DNA of 20,150 nt from an uncultured archaeon (lineage in GTDB: Archaea; Asgardarchaeota; Heimdallarchaeia; Heimdallarchaeales; Heimdallarchaeaceae). Below the pieces are notes generated by a model that was not told where the DNA came from, ran no database searches, and worked only from the letters and a program-made list of their open reading frames with translations. Of this stretch, positions 1 to 8,446 are shown in pieces. The number at the start of each line of letters is the position of its first letter. Positions within the stretch are counted from its first letter, which is position 1. Position numbers and translations under genes: made by a program. The stretch is from the NCBI GenBank assembly GCA_964534625.1, contig CAZHRF010000048.1:1-20150 (forward strand). Reading direction: 5' to 3'.

Positions 1-43
1 TAAGTTATATTGGGTTTAAGTAATTTTTACTGTTGTGATTATA

Positions 44-580
44 TTATTCCATTTTGCCATTTTCTTTTTCTAATTCTCTCCTAAACTCTTCAAATCTTTC
101 TCTAGCTGTTTTCTTTCTACGCCCTAAATGGGTTACAACAGGTATAATTGTTCCAAACGTAAGCAAGGTTGCGACGGGTATTTGTGCCCAATCAAGATTT
201 GCCCACCCATCATTAGGTCCATAGGATTTATCCAAAATAATTAAGAATGCTGCTATAATCAAGAAGAAAAATGGACCAACTGCCCATGCTAATTCGGGTT
301 TTGAAACAACTAGTTTATTAAGCAAAAACAACAATATAAACGCAAAGACTGGCCATAGAGCCCAATCAAAAGGTGTTTGTATGCCTAAAATAATTATTGG
401 GGTATCACTAGTACCTGTGCTTAAATCAACAACCATAAGGAAGAGCGATAAAACTATGATATTTATTATGGTTACCCATGGTTTAAATAGTCTAGTATTA
501 TCATACTGGTTTTTTTTCTTTTTCTTCATCAATTTTGTTTCATCAATTTTGTTATTATTGTTTACTTTATCTTCATTCAT
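44..580 (-). CDS. Small membrane protein with two tandem 2TM-like hairpin repeats
   Basis: Four hydrophobic segments form two similar units (…FLMVVDLSTG…FDWALWPVFAF and …FLIILDKSYG…LDWAQIPVATL), followed by a charged tail (EEFRRELEKE). The ATG overlaps the esterase stop (TAATG at 582-578) and is preceded by a GGTGAT SD-like motif. Confidence 0.75.
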   Translation of the reverse strand: MNEDKVNNNNKIDETKLMKKKKKNQYDNTRLFKPWVTIINIIVLSLFLMVVDLSTGTSDTPIIILGIQTPFDWALWPVFAFILLFLLNKLVVSKPELAWAVGPFFFLIIAAFLIILDKSYGPNDGWANLDWAQIPVATLLTFGTIIPVVTHLGRRKKTARERFEEFRRELEKENGKME

Positions 581-1575
581 TACTGATCACCGTTTATTGC
601 TTCATCAATTTTATGATTTAGGGAATCAAGAAAGTCTAATATTTTCTGAAAAATTACTTTTTTTTCTTTATCTAAAAGTACTGCATGTCCAGATTTTTTT
701 GCTAAAAATTTTTCTACCCGAGGAGATTTAACTAAGTTTCCAAGCATATCATGGTTACTCAAAGGAACATGATAATCGTCTTTTGATCCCACATTTAACA
801 ATGGGGCTTCTAGTTTTTTTATCTCCTCTCTTGTTACTTCAAGCAGATCAAACATCTCAACAACTCCTTTTAATGCATGTTCTGTATATGTTGGGCTATT
901 ATGTTTTTTATGTAAAGCAATAGAATCCTTGCGTCTCGGCCATTTACGAATAAATTTAGAAATATACTGTAAAGCAGGCATATAAAGACCATGATAAAAT
1001 GTTCCTAAATCTAAAGGCGCATTCAAGCTAACAACAGCATCAACTTTTCTTGTGGCTGCAAGTAACAGAACGAGTGTACCACCCATAGAGTGCCCAATTA
1101 AATAGATGTGCTTGCACCCTTTTTCCTTGAGAAAATCATACGCTTTAACAGCGGAATAATACCAATCGAGAAAATCGCTGGACCATTGATCTGAAACAGA
1201 AGTACCATGCCCTAATAACCGAATAGCGTAAATGGTATGTTTTCTCTTTTGATTAAGAAAATGGGCTAATTCCTTAAACTCTCCTGGTGATGAACCAAAT
1301 CCGTGTACCATGAGGACACCAACATCTTTATTGCCTTCTATATATATTGGTTCAGCTCCTGACATTACCTCGCGTTCAATAGGTTTAGGACCTAAAGTTT
1401 CTACTAATGCTAACATAGATTCAATATTGAGCAAGACTTTACGGGATTCTTTTCTCAATAATCCTGGAAAAAAGAAATCAAGAGCCCAACGGGTAAAATC
1501 TTTATATGGTTGAAACAGATATTCAAAAAATAATTTCCAAGCAGAAATAAATTCAGAAGTGTTGGAGATTACCAT
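580..1575 (-). CDS. Alpha/beta-hydrolase, carboxylesterase/monoacylglycerol lipase-like (YvaK/Est30 type)
   Basis: Oxyanion motif VHGFGSSP, nucleophile elbow GHSMGG, catalytic Asp region SKDDYHVP and His in KSGHAV. I prefer the ATG at 1575 to the track's TTG at 1623 because a TATA-like box lies about 27 bp upstream of 1575. Confidence 0.9.
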   Translation of the reverse strand: MVISNTSEFISAWKLFFEYLFQPYKDFTRWALDFFFPGLLRKESRKVLLNIESMLALVETLGPKPIEREVMSGAEPIYIEGNKDVGVLMVHGFGSSPGEFKELAHFLNQKRKHTIYAIRLLGHGTSVSDQWSSDFLDWYYSAVKAYDFLKEKGCKHIYLIGHSMGGTLVLLLAATRKVDAVVSLNAPLDLGTFYHGLYMPALQYISKFIRKWPRRKDSIALHKKHNSPTYTEHALKGVVEMFDLLEVTREEIKKLEAPLLNVGSKDDYHVPLSNHDMLGNLVKSPRVEKFLAKKSGHAVLLDKEKKVIFQKILDFLDSLNHKIDEAINGDQ

Positions 1576-1597
1576 AATATTGCAATCGTAATTGTTG

Positions 1598-1610
1598 TAT
1601 TTATAATTTT
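1598..1610 (-). promoter_or_regulatory. Putative archaeal TATA box for the esterase operon
   Basis: Minus strand reads AAAATTATAAATA, centred about 27 bp before ATG 1575, consistent with a leaderless archaeal transcript. Confidence 0.5.
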
Positions 1611-1621
1611 CACTTGTAAAC

Positions 1622-1943
1622 AAGTCAAATTGGTTATCACCAGGTCATGGTATACCTTTTTATCGAATTATTGGACTATTAATGGTTTTGAAGTACAATG
1701 GGCGTATGGGATGGGAACCAGCCTAAGCACACCATACTTAGCTGCTATTGTGGCCTAATAATTGTGGGATATCATAGAGGGATTGATTCTTTGGATATTG
1801 ATCCCTGTTTGCAGACAGTTATAGATATTTTAAATTACGCAAGTTCAAGAAGCTCATTTGATCAAAAAATGGGTTATGGTTTTGTTGATGCATATATAGC
1901 ATATGGTAGGGCTTTTACAATGGGTGGACTAGACCGACAATGA
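1622..1943 (+). pseudogene. Frameshifted C-terminal remnant of an S8 (subtilisin-like) serine protease
   Basis: Three frames give subtilase motifs in the correct order: NWLSPGHGIP (APG-x-x-I-like, from 1622), WAYGMGTSLSTPYLAAIVA (catalytic GTS at 1714-1722, stop at 1756) and KMGYGFVDAYIAY (in the 1698-1943 ORF). No catalytic Asp/His region is present. Confidence 0.7.
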
Positions 1944-2128
1944 TTTTAAATAATGAAACATGAAATATTAAAAATTAGAAAAGGAGTTAATATTAAATGA
2001 TCCATAATAGTTGATTACTTTTAAGATTTTATCCACTTTCCCTATTTATTTTTTAGATCCTGTGAAAAATTACACAAACTTGTGAAATTTCCGCTTATCA
2101 GAGAATAAGTTGGACACGATTAACTTGG

Positions 2129-2164
2129 GATTATTACAAAAATGTAAGAATCTTGTTTTTCTTT
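2129..2164 (+). other. Imperfect palindrome followed by a T-tract (terminator or operator)
   Basis: GATTATTACA-AAAA-TGTAAGAATC has arms matching 9/10 and is followed by TTGTTTTTCTTT. Confidence 0.35.
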
Positions 2165-2258
2165 GTGTCACTCATTTTTTCTTTTGCTTGTATTGGAGAT
2201 TATTTCTTATTTTTCATATTTAGAGGTGAATTCGGCATACATCTTCATTTCCATATAT

Positions 2259-2396
2259 TTATCCCCCATCTCTTGCTTTTTCATACCAGTTTTGTGCTTC
2301 TTCATACAGGTCTACTACCATTTCAAGAGACTTGTATATTAACGATAAGCCAAGCCAAGCAGAGACTATAAAGGGAAGAAAGTTATAAACTATCCA
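2259..2396 (-). pseudogene. TPR-like gene fragment
   Basis: A 45-codon open stretch reads …SAWLGLSLIYKSLEMVVDLYEEAQNWYEKARDGG*, resembling the TPR consensus (AWxxLGxxY…YEEAxxxYEKA). An upstream TGA bounds it and there is no start codon before the motif. Confidence 0.4.
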
Positions 2397-2426
2397 TCAA
2401 CAAAAAGCAAGTTTAATAAAAAAAGA

Positions 2427-3461
2427 TTGGAGAGATTAATTGTGATAAGATTGAAGCCAATAAAATTTGACTTTAGTGGGTTAGAAAAATTCTGGAAAAT
2501 AACAGACCAATTGATGGAAGATAAAAACGTATCACATGCAGAATGGAAAGAGATGTTAGAAACACCCGGGTATAAATCTTTGATTCATAACGAATTTCCA
2601 GAAGAATTTTTTATTAAGAATTTTACTCTTGTTTTTTCACCAGGAAACGAAGAAGAAATCAACAGGTTGCGTAATACAAAAATGGAGCAATATATTGATC
2701 ACCTTTTAAAAATAAAGAGAGATTACAAAACATTAAAAACAAAAATAAACAAATTATGTGGCTCAATTGAAAAACAAAGTGAAGAAATTCTTGAAAAAAC
2801 CTTTGAATGGCTACCTGAGTATAAATATTCCGATAAACCAATAGTTTCTTTTGCTTTTTTTGGAAAAGATGGGAGAGGGTATAATATAGTAACAATTGAT
2901 CCTCTATTCGCTTTAGAAATAGGGGATCTCTTAGCTAGTTTTATAGCTCATGAAATTCATCATTTTTATAGGAATCAAATATTGGTATTTAATCCTGTAA
3001 AAGTTGAATCTGATGATATCTTGTTTATTAATGTTATTAACCAATTACAAGCAGAAGGAATGGCCGATTTAATTGATAAGTATCTTTGGTTAGAAAAACA
3101 ACAAATCGAATTTATAGAAAAATATACTACTGCTTTTAGAAAGCATTACAATAAAGCCCCCGAAATCATAAAGGAAATGGATTTAATTATTAGTTCAATA
3201 GATAAAGATTTGTCAGATATTAGAGAAATAGGTACAAAGTTAAAAGAAATTGTGCCTATGAGTGGCCACCCTTTAGGCTATTTTATGGTAAAACAGATCC
3301 TAAAATCAAATAGAACTAAACAATTAATTGATCATGCGGGTAATCCTTTTGAATTTATTAGACTGTATAACGACTTAGCTTTAGAAAAACCCTCACTACC
3401 TGCGTTTTCAAATAAAACAATGGCAATAATTAACCAAATGGAAGATAAATATACTGAGTAA
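2427..3461 (+). CDS. Putative Zn-dependent protease (HExxH; DUF5700/DUF2268-like)
   Basis: AHEIHH zinc motif, downstream LQAEGMADL (third-ligand Glu, gluzincin-like) and GHPLGYFM. The true start may be a few codons later (GTG 2442 or TTG 2451). Confidence 0.75.
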   Translation: MERLIVIRLKPIKFDFSGLEKFWKITDQLMEDKNVSHAEWKEMLETPGYKSLIHNEFPEEFFIKNFTLVFSPGNEEEINRLRNTKMEQYIDHLLKIKRDYKTLKTKINKLCGSIEKQSEEILEKTFEWLPEYKYSDKPIVSFAFFGKDGRGYNIVTIDPLFALEIGDLLASFIAHEIHHFYRNQILVFNPVKVESDDILFINVINQLQAEGMADLIDKYLWLEKQQIEFIEKYTTAFRKHYNKAPEIIKEMDLIISSIDKDLSDIREIGTKLKEIVPMSGHPLGYFMVKQILKSNRTKQLIDHAGNPFEFIRLYNDLALEKPSLPAFSNKTMAIINQMEDKYTE

Positions 3462-3522
3462 TAGATAGAATAGAATATATATCAAGCGTAAACTTCAAAA
3501 AATCTTACTTTATTTTGATGTT

Positions 3523-4659
3523 ATGACAGAATTCAATATTAAAATTCTTGAAGAACTGTGTAATGATTTTGGACCTTCTGGATTCGAATGGGATGTGCAA
3601 AAACGTATGCGCAAATATGTTGAACCATTCGCAGATGAGATCGATCAAGACCGTACAGGGACATTAATTTTTACTAAAAAAGGTAGTGCCGATAATCCTA
3701 AAATAATGATTGCTGGGCATATAGATGAAATAGGCTTTCAAATTAGTGGTATAACTAAAGATGGTTTCATTAAATTTCACCAACTTGGAGGGTGGTGGGA
3801 TCAATCGTTGTTGACACAACGTGTATTCATTAAAACACATCAAGGTAAGCTTATCCCTGGTATAATAACTTCTAAACCCCCACATGTCCTTCAGCCTGAA
3901 GAAAGGACTAAAGTGGTTAAAATGGATCAAATGTTTATAGATGTGGGTTGCACCAGTAAAGATGGAGTAAAGGAATTAGGTATTCGTGTTGGAGATCCTA
4001 TGATGCCTGACTCAACATTTGAGATTTGGGAAAGACCACGTGTGAAGGAGAATGACGATGAAAAATCAAAAGAAAAAGAATTCGAGATGAAAAAATTCGC
4101 AGTAGGTAAGGCATTTGATGATCGCGTTGGGGCAGTGATGGCAGCAGAAATAGTTCGTAGACTTAAAGAAGAAAACATTGAGCATCCCAATACAATATAT
4201 GGTTGTAGTACCGTGCAAGAGGAAGTGGGTCTACGTGGAGCAAGAACAGCATCACAAAAGATTCTTCCTGATCTTGCCATAGCTTTAGATACTGATATAT
4301 CGGGGGATGTACCTGGAATTGGAGACAAAGCACCAGCAAAAATGGGCAAAGGACCAAGCATTTTTGTTTATGATCGCAGTATGGTACCTAATCCTCGTTT
4401 TCGTAATTATGTGATTGATCTTGCTGAAGAGCTGGAGATACCTTATCAGCTCAGTACCGTACCTGGTGGAACTGATGCAGGTGTTATGCATTTAGCAGGA
4501 GTGGGCTGTCCGTCTATTGCTATATGCGCACCTACTCGACATATACACAGCCATAATGGTATAGTTAGCATCGAAGATATGGAAAATACTATTAAATTGG
4601 TCGTGGAACTAATTAAAAAGTTAAATGAAGAAATCGTTGCTTCTTTCACAGAAATATGA
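3523..4659 (+). CDS. M42-family (TET/FrvX-like) metallo-aminopeptidase
   Basis: Motifs GPSGFE, AGHIDEIG, GKAFDDRVG, VQEEVGLRGA, GGTDAG and RHIHSH. Confidence 0.95.
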   Translation: MTEFNIKILEELCNDFGPSGFEWDVQKRMRKYVEPFADEIDQDRTGTLIFTKKGSADNPKIMIAGHIDEIGFQISGITKDGFIKFHQLGGWWDQSLLTQRVFIKTHQGKLIPGIITSKPPHVLQPEERTKVVKMDQMFIDVGCTSKDGVKELGIRVGDPMMPDSTFEIWERPRVKENDDEKSKEKEFEMKKFAVGKAFDDRVGAVMAAEIVRRLKEENIEHPNTIYGCSTVQEEVGLRGARTASQKILPDLAIALDTDISGDVPGIGDKAPAKMGKGPSIFVYDRSMVPNPRFRNYVIDLAEELEIPYQLSTVPGGTDAGVMHLAGVGCPSIAICAPTRHIHSHNGIVSIEDMENTIKLVVELIKKLNEEIVASFTEI

Positions 4660-4702
4660 TTTTTCTTTATATTCCTCTTTTTTGGTATTTCTTTTTTTTG
4701 CT
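4660..4702 (+). terminator. T-rich terminator region between the convergent M42 and larA genes
   Basis: Several oligo-T runs follow the TGA at 4659, typical of archaeal terminators. Confidence 0.45.
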
Positions 4703-4704
4703 TA

Positions 4705-6015
4705 CTACTCGTCTATTATTTTTGGATACGTAGCTCCTCCCAATGGCATAATATTAACTGTTAATGGTTTGTCTTTCTTTCTTTTCTTTTCTACATATTG
4801 GATAGCTTCTTTCATATTATCGAAATGATTAAAAATAAACGCTTTTTTTCTGTCAATTTCTGTCAATTTACTTACGAAAATCAATTCATTTCTTGCTAAC
4901 AACCTAAACATTAGCCACAAATTCACACTATCTTCTATAGGATATTTTTTGATTTTTTGTATAAAATATAGTAACCATTTTTTTGGCAATAGTTTTGCCA
5001 ATAATTTTATTACTAGCTTAGGAGGTTGTCTGCCTTCCAATTGAATATTACCCATCCCCTCTGGACACTCAGATACTATTATAATTTTACCTCCTCTTTT
5101 AACTGCCAATTTGTTGTTTAATGCACACTTTCCAGATTGTCTAGCGTCTAAATATAAAGGATTAGCAGAAACTATTAGTAAATCTGATTGTTCTTCAATT
5201 GGCGTTTCATAGATCATTCTAGATCTCTCTACTCCTTTTCTGTGTGCTTTATAGGGGTGTCCTACTACTACATCTAACGGTTCTTGATTTGAATTAGAAA
5301 TAACATTAATTATGAAATTTAAACCCGCAATTTGGCCAATTTCATCTATATCCTTCCTTACAATATTATGTTCAACTTCTCCCACTATTGAATTACCTTC
5401 AATTACTTTTTCATGATTCGCTATTATTGAAGAAATTGAAGCAAAACCAGGCATAATCATTTTTGATCCTCCCGAAAAACCTGCAAAAGGATGAGGTTCT
5501 ATAGTACCAATTGCTATACAAAAATCTGCTTCTATTACCTCTTTATTAATCTGAATAGGCGTTCCATAGGAACTAGTTCCTAACTCCTCCATATCACCAT
5601 GTGGATCGTGATTAATCCATCGGATGTTATTCGCAATTCTTTCACCGACTTTCTTACTGAATTCTTTGTTTGTCATACCTCTATGAATCCCACACCCTAT
5701 CATAATTTTTAATTGATCCTCTGTGATCGGTGTTTCTTTTTTTAGCCACTCAATAAGTATTTTGAGTATGGATGCACATTTAGTGGGTCTTGTGGCGTCA
5801 TCGATTAGTAACGCAATATTCATGTCTTTTTTTAATAGTTCATGTAGCCCTTTAGTACCGATAGGGTTCTTAAATCCCTCCATTAATTTTTCTTTTAGTT
5901 CTTTATCCGTCATCCCTTTTTGCTCAATTATGTCGCAATAGTTGAGTACATTCCAAGAATCAGGTAAATCTAAAATCTTTTTTTGATTATCACCATAATG
6001 TAACGAATATTGCAT
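4705..6015 (-). CDS. larA: LarA-superfamily nickel-pincer-dependent 2-hydroxyacid racemase/epimerase
   Basis: Motifs DDATRPT, GIHRGMT, NHDP, EPHPFAGFSGGSKMIMPG, ANHE, RQSGK and ECPEGMG, covering the conserved Asp/Arg/His/Lys residues of LarA. The substrate cannot be assigned from sequence. Confidence 0.88.
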   Translation of the reverse strand: MQYSLHYGDNQKKILDLPDSWNVLNYCDIIEQKGMTDKELKEKLMEGFKNPIGTKGLHELLKKDMNIALLIDDATRPTKCASILKILIEWLKKETPITEDQLKIMIGCGIHRGMTNKEFSKKVGERIANNIRWINHDPHGDMEELGTSSYGTPIQINKEVIEADFCIAIGTIEPHPFAGFSGGSKMIMPGFASISSIIANHEKVIEGNSIVGEVEHNIVRKDIDEIGQIAGLNFIINVISNSNQEPLDVVVGHPYKAHRKGVERSRMIYETPIEEQSDLLIVSANPLYLDARQSGKCALNNKLAVKRGGKIIIVSECPEGMGNIQLEGRQPPKLVIKLLAKLLPKKWLLYFIQKIKKYPIEDSVNLWLMFRLLARNELIFVSKLTEIDRKKAFIFNHFDNMKEAIQYVEKKRKKDKPLTVNIMPLGGATYPKIIDE

Positions 6016-6103
6016 ATGAAAAACACATATGCCCTTTATTTATTTCTTTCGCCTACTAATCGTTAGTTTAATAGTTGAAAAATTTAGTTAATAGAACTTT
6101 TTC

Positions 6104-7270
6104 TTATAATTTCATCATTCGATTTTTTACTCGTTCCATTGCTTCTTCTAGTGTACTTCGTTTCTGTGAGAACGAAAAGCGGATATAATTCTTGCCAATT
6201 TTTTCTTTTGTTTTACCATAATAGAAACTTGAACCAGGAACCGTTGCAACTCCCTCATCTTTTACCAAAAAATCGGCCATTTCTAGGTCACTCATATCAA
6301 ACTCTGTTATATCTGTAAACATATAATAAGCGCCTGATGGCTTAAAAGGTTTAAAATCTAGATTTTGTAATTGTTTATACAGAAAATCTCTGTTTGCTTG
6401 ATATGTGTTCTTCAAATCTTTAAAATAATCTTCTTTCAATTCAAAGGTTCGCAAAGCAGCTTTTTGTTGCAAAGAAGGAGCACAAACAGTAATATAATCA
6501 TGACATTTGCGTATACCTGCACTTAGTTCTTTAGTTGCAGCTACATATCCTACTCGCCATCCAGTAGCAGAAAAGCTTTTGGATATACCCGAAATAGTAA
6601 TAGTGCGTTCAAACATTCCATCAAGACTCGCTAAACTAGTATGTTTATGGTTGTCATAAATGATATGTTCATAAATTTCATCTGTGATGGCGATTATGTT
6701 ATTTTCAACGCATAAATCGGCTATAAAGCGCAATTCTTTAATCTGAAAGTTTATACCTGTTGGATTATGGGGCGTGTTAACTATTATTGCCTTAGTTTTA
6801 TTCGTTATACAATTCTTTAATTGTTCTTCGTCAAGACGAAAGTCTTTTTCTGATAATGGACAAGGAATAACCTTTCCATGTGCCAGAATGGTGGAGGGAA
6901 CATAATTTTCATAGATGGGTTCAAAAATGATTATTTCATCATTTGGATCAAGCAAAGCCAAAATACTCGATGCAATAGCCTCTGAAGCTCCACAAGTAAC
7001 TGTTATTTCATGCTCGGGATTGAACTCAATTTTATTGTAAGTGGATAACTTTTTAGCAATTGCTTGTCTTAAATCCCTTCTACCATGTGTTATTGTATAT
7101 TGGTGCTCATTGGCTTTTAGTGCACCAATAATGCCTTCTTGAAGTTGTCGGGGAGGGGAATAATCGGGCATGCCTTGTGAGAGGTTAATGGCATTATGTT
7201 CAATAGCCTTTCTTGTCATCTCTCGAATAACTGATTCTTGAAAGAGGTCCAAACGTGTTGCTAAAGTCAT
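6104..7270 (-). CDS. PLP-dependent class I/II aminotransferase (YbdL/kynurenine-methionine aminotransferase-like)
   Basis: Motifs INLSQGMPD, NTPHNPTG, TDEIYEH, SKSFSATGWRVGY (PLP lysine) and IRFSF. Confidence 0.95.
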   Translation of the reverse strand: MTLATRLDLFQESVIREMTRKAIEHNAINLSQGMPDYSPPRQLQEGIIGALKANEHQYTITHGRRDLRQAIAKKLSTYNKIEFNPEHEITVTCGASEAIASSILALLDPNDEIIIFEPIYENYVPSTILAHGKVIPCPLSEKDFRLDEEQLKNCITNKTKAIIVNTPHNPTGINFQIKELRFIADLCVENNIIAITDEIYEHIIYDNHKHTSLASLDGMFERTITISGISKSFSATGWRVGYVAATKELSAGIRKCHDYITVCAPSLQQKAALRTFELKEDYFKDLKNTYQANRDFLYKQLQNLDFKPFKPSGAYYMFTDITEFDMSDLEMADFLVKDEGVATVPGSSFYYGKTKEKIGKNYIRFSFSQKRSTLEEAMERVKNRMMKL

Positions 7271-7339
7271 ACTTTATTAATAAGCACACTCATTTTTTAG
7301 TTTATTTGTTCAGTTCATTTTTACTCAAATTCTTCTTGA

Positions 7340-7498
7340 AAGACCCGTAATTTAGGGTGGGGGTGAAAAGAAGGAAACGGAAGGAACAGGAAACGGCACA
7401 ACTAAGGATAGACACTTTAATCAGCGTCCATTTTCAATATTTCCGCGACTAAGCAAAAAGATAAAGCAAGCGAGGGGTCTTATCGTGACACGATTAAG
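7340..7498. other. GC-rich non-coding island (structured RNA or mobile-element relic)
   Basis: 70/160 G+C over 7341-7500 against AT-rich flanks. AAGACCC (7340-7346) is complementary to GGGTCTT (7475-7481), AGGAAACGG occurs twice (7372, 7388), and ATCGTG-A-CACGAT (7482-7494) is a palindrome. Confidence 0.35.
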
Positions 7499-7504
7499 CT
7501 GTTT

Positions 7505-8446
7505 TCATACTTCAAATCTTGCAGAATACTCCTTTGTATCAATGGTGATGAATTCCATTCGTTCTATATTTGCTATTCCTACCAAGCTTAACTCATATAT
7601 TGAGCTTATGTATTGACCAAAATCTATTTTATCTCTGTCATTATACACTTCATAAACATCGAGTAGGGTTTTATGTTCATTATTCATTATTGAAGTTAAA
7701 ATTCTTTCATAATAATGAAAATCTTCTCTTGGTAAGCCACCTTTCAACGTGTTCCAGTTTCTTTTGAAAATTGCATATAATCGCAAATTTGTTTTAGGGA
7801 AGATGCTCTTTGCATGTATTAGCAAATCTAAGATGAAAATTGAATTACTATCTAAATTCGATTCAATTTTATTATCTAAATAGGTTATCAAGTAGCTAAG
7901 CATTTCTTCGTCTAATAAGATAATAGCTTCTAAAATTGATGCTATTTGTATAAACCAATTTTGGGCTATCGTTTCATCAATTCTTTTGTGTAGCCACACT
8001 TGAACCTCTATAAATTTAAATTCCGAAACAACAAATATGCTATTGTCTGTTTCTTTGCCCTCTAAAATAAATTTTGTTTGTCGTAATTTATCTCTAAAGA
8101 TTAATTTTTTAATATTTTTCCCTTTAAATGAATCGTTTTTTTGGATTTTTTCCTCTGTTAAATCAACCCTTTTAGGCATGGGAATATTTAGATGCTGATC
8201 TACCTTCTGGGCTGTTAATTCATTACCAACATTAACTTGTTCTTGTGATCGTACAGACAAGTGCTTGTCAACACAAATGATATTAGCAGATAATTTGTCT
8301 TCTTTACATGTGTGTACATCAACATACTCAACATAGCCTGTTTCAGCTACATTTACATGTAGTTTAGTTGCAATATGCAAAACGCGGGTTTTACCACAGC
8401 TATTACATTCATATTGTATTTTAACTTTTTCAGATTTGTTCAGCAA
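7505..8446 (-). CDS. Hypothetical protein with an N-terminal CxxC…HxC Zn-binding module
   Basis: 313-aa ORF with a TTG start preceded by GGTGAG. It contains ECNSCGK…YVDVHTC…CVDKHLSVRSQE. Confidence 0.8.
   Translation of the reverse strand: MLNKSEKVKIQYECNSCGKTRVLHIATKLHVNVAETGYVEYVDVHTCKEDKLSANIICVDKHLSVRSQEQVNVGNELTAQKVDQHLNIPMPKRVDLTEEKIQKNDSFKGKNIKKLIFRDKLRQTKFILEGKETDNSIFVVSEFKFIEVQVWLHKRIDETIAQNWFIQIASILEAIILLDEEMLSYLITYLDNKIESNLDSNSIFILDLLIHAKSIFPKTNLRLYAIFKRNWNTLKGGLPREDFHYYERILTSIMNNEHKTLLDVYEVYNDRDKIDFGQYISSIYELSLVGIANIERMEFITIDTKEYSARFEV

Noticed and set aside
381-731. 116-aa plus-strand ORF, and similar short ORFs at 1310, 3664, 3927, 4446, 5723, 8975, 10609, 11281, 11629, 13170, 14049, 15394 and 19580
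   Set aside because: They lie antisense to well-supported genes and have no motifs, so they are shadow ORFs.
2153-2371. 72-aa F/H/L-rich plus-strand ORF
   Set aside because: The composition reflects T-rich DNA antisense to the TPR-like relic, the start is TTG, and nothing else supports it.
7340-7481. RNase P RNA, SRP RNA or tRNA identity for the GC-rich island
   Set aside because: GAAACGGC and CCCCCACC fragments lie on opposite strands, the RNase P P4 consensus is missing, the region is too short and no cloverleaf is evident.
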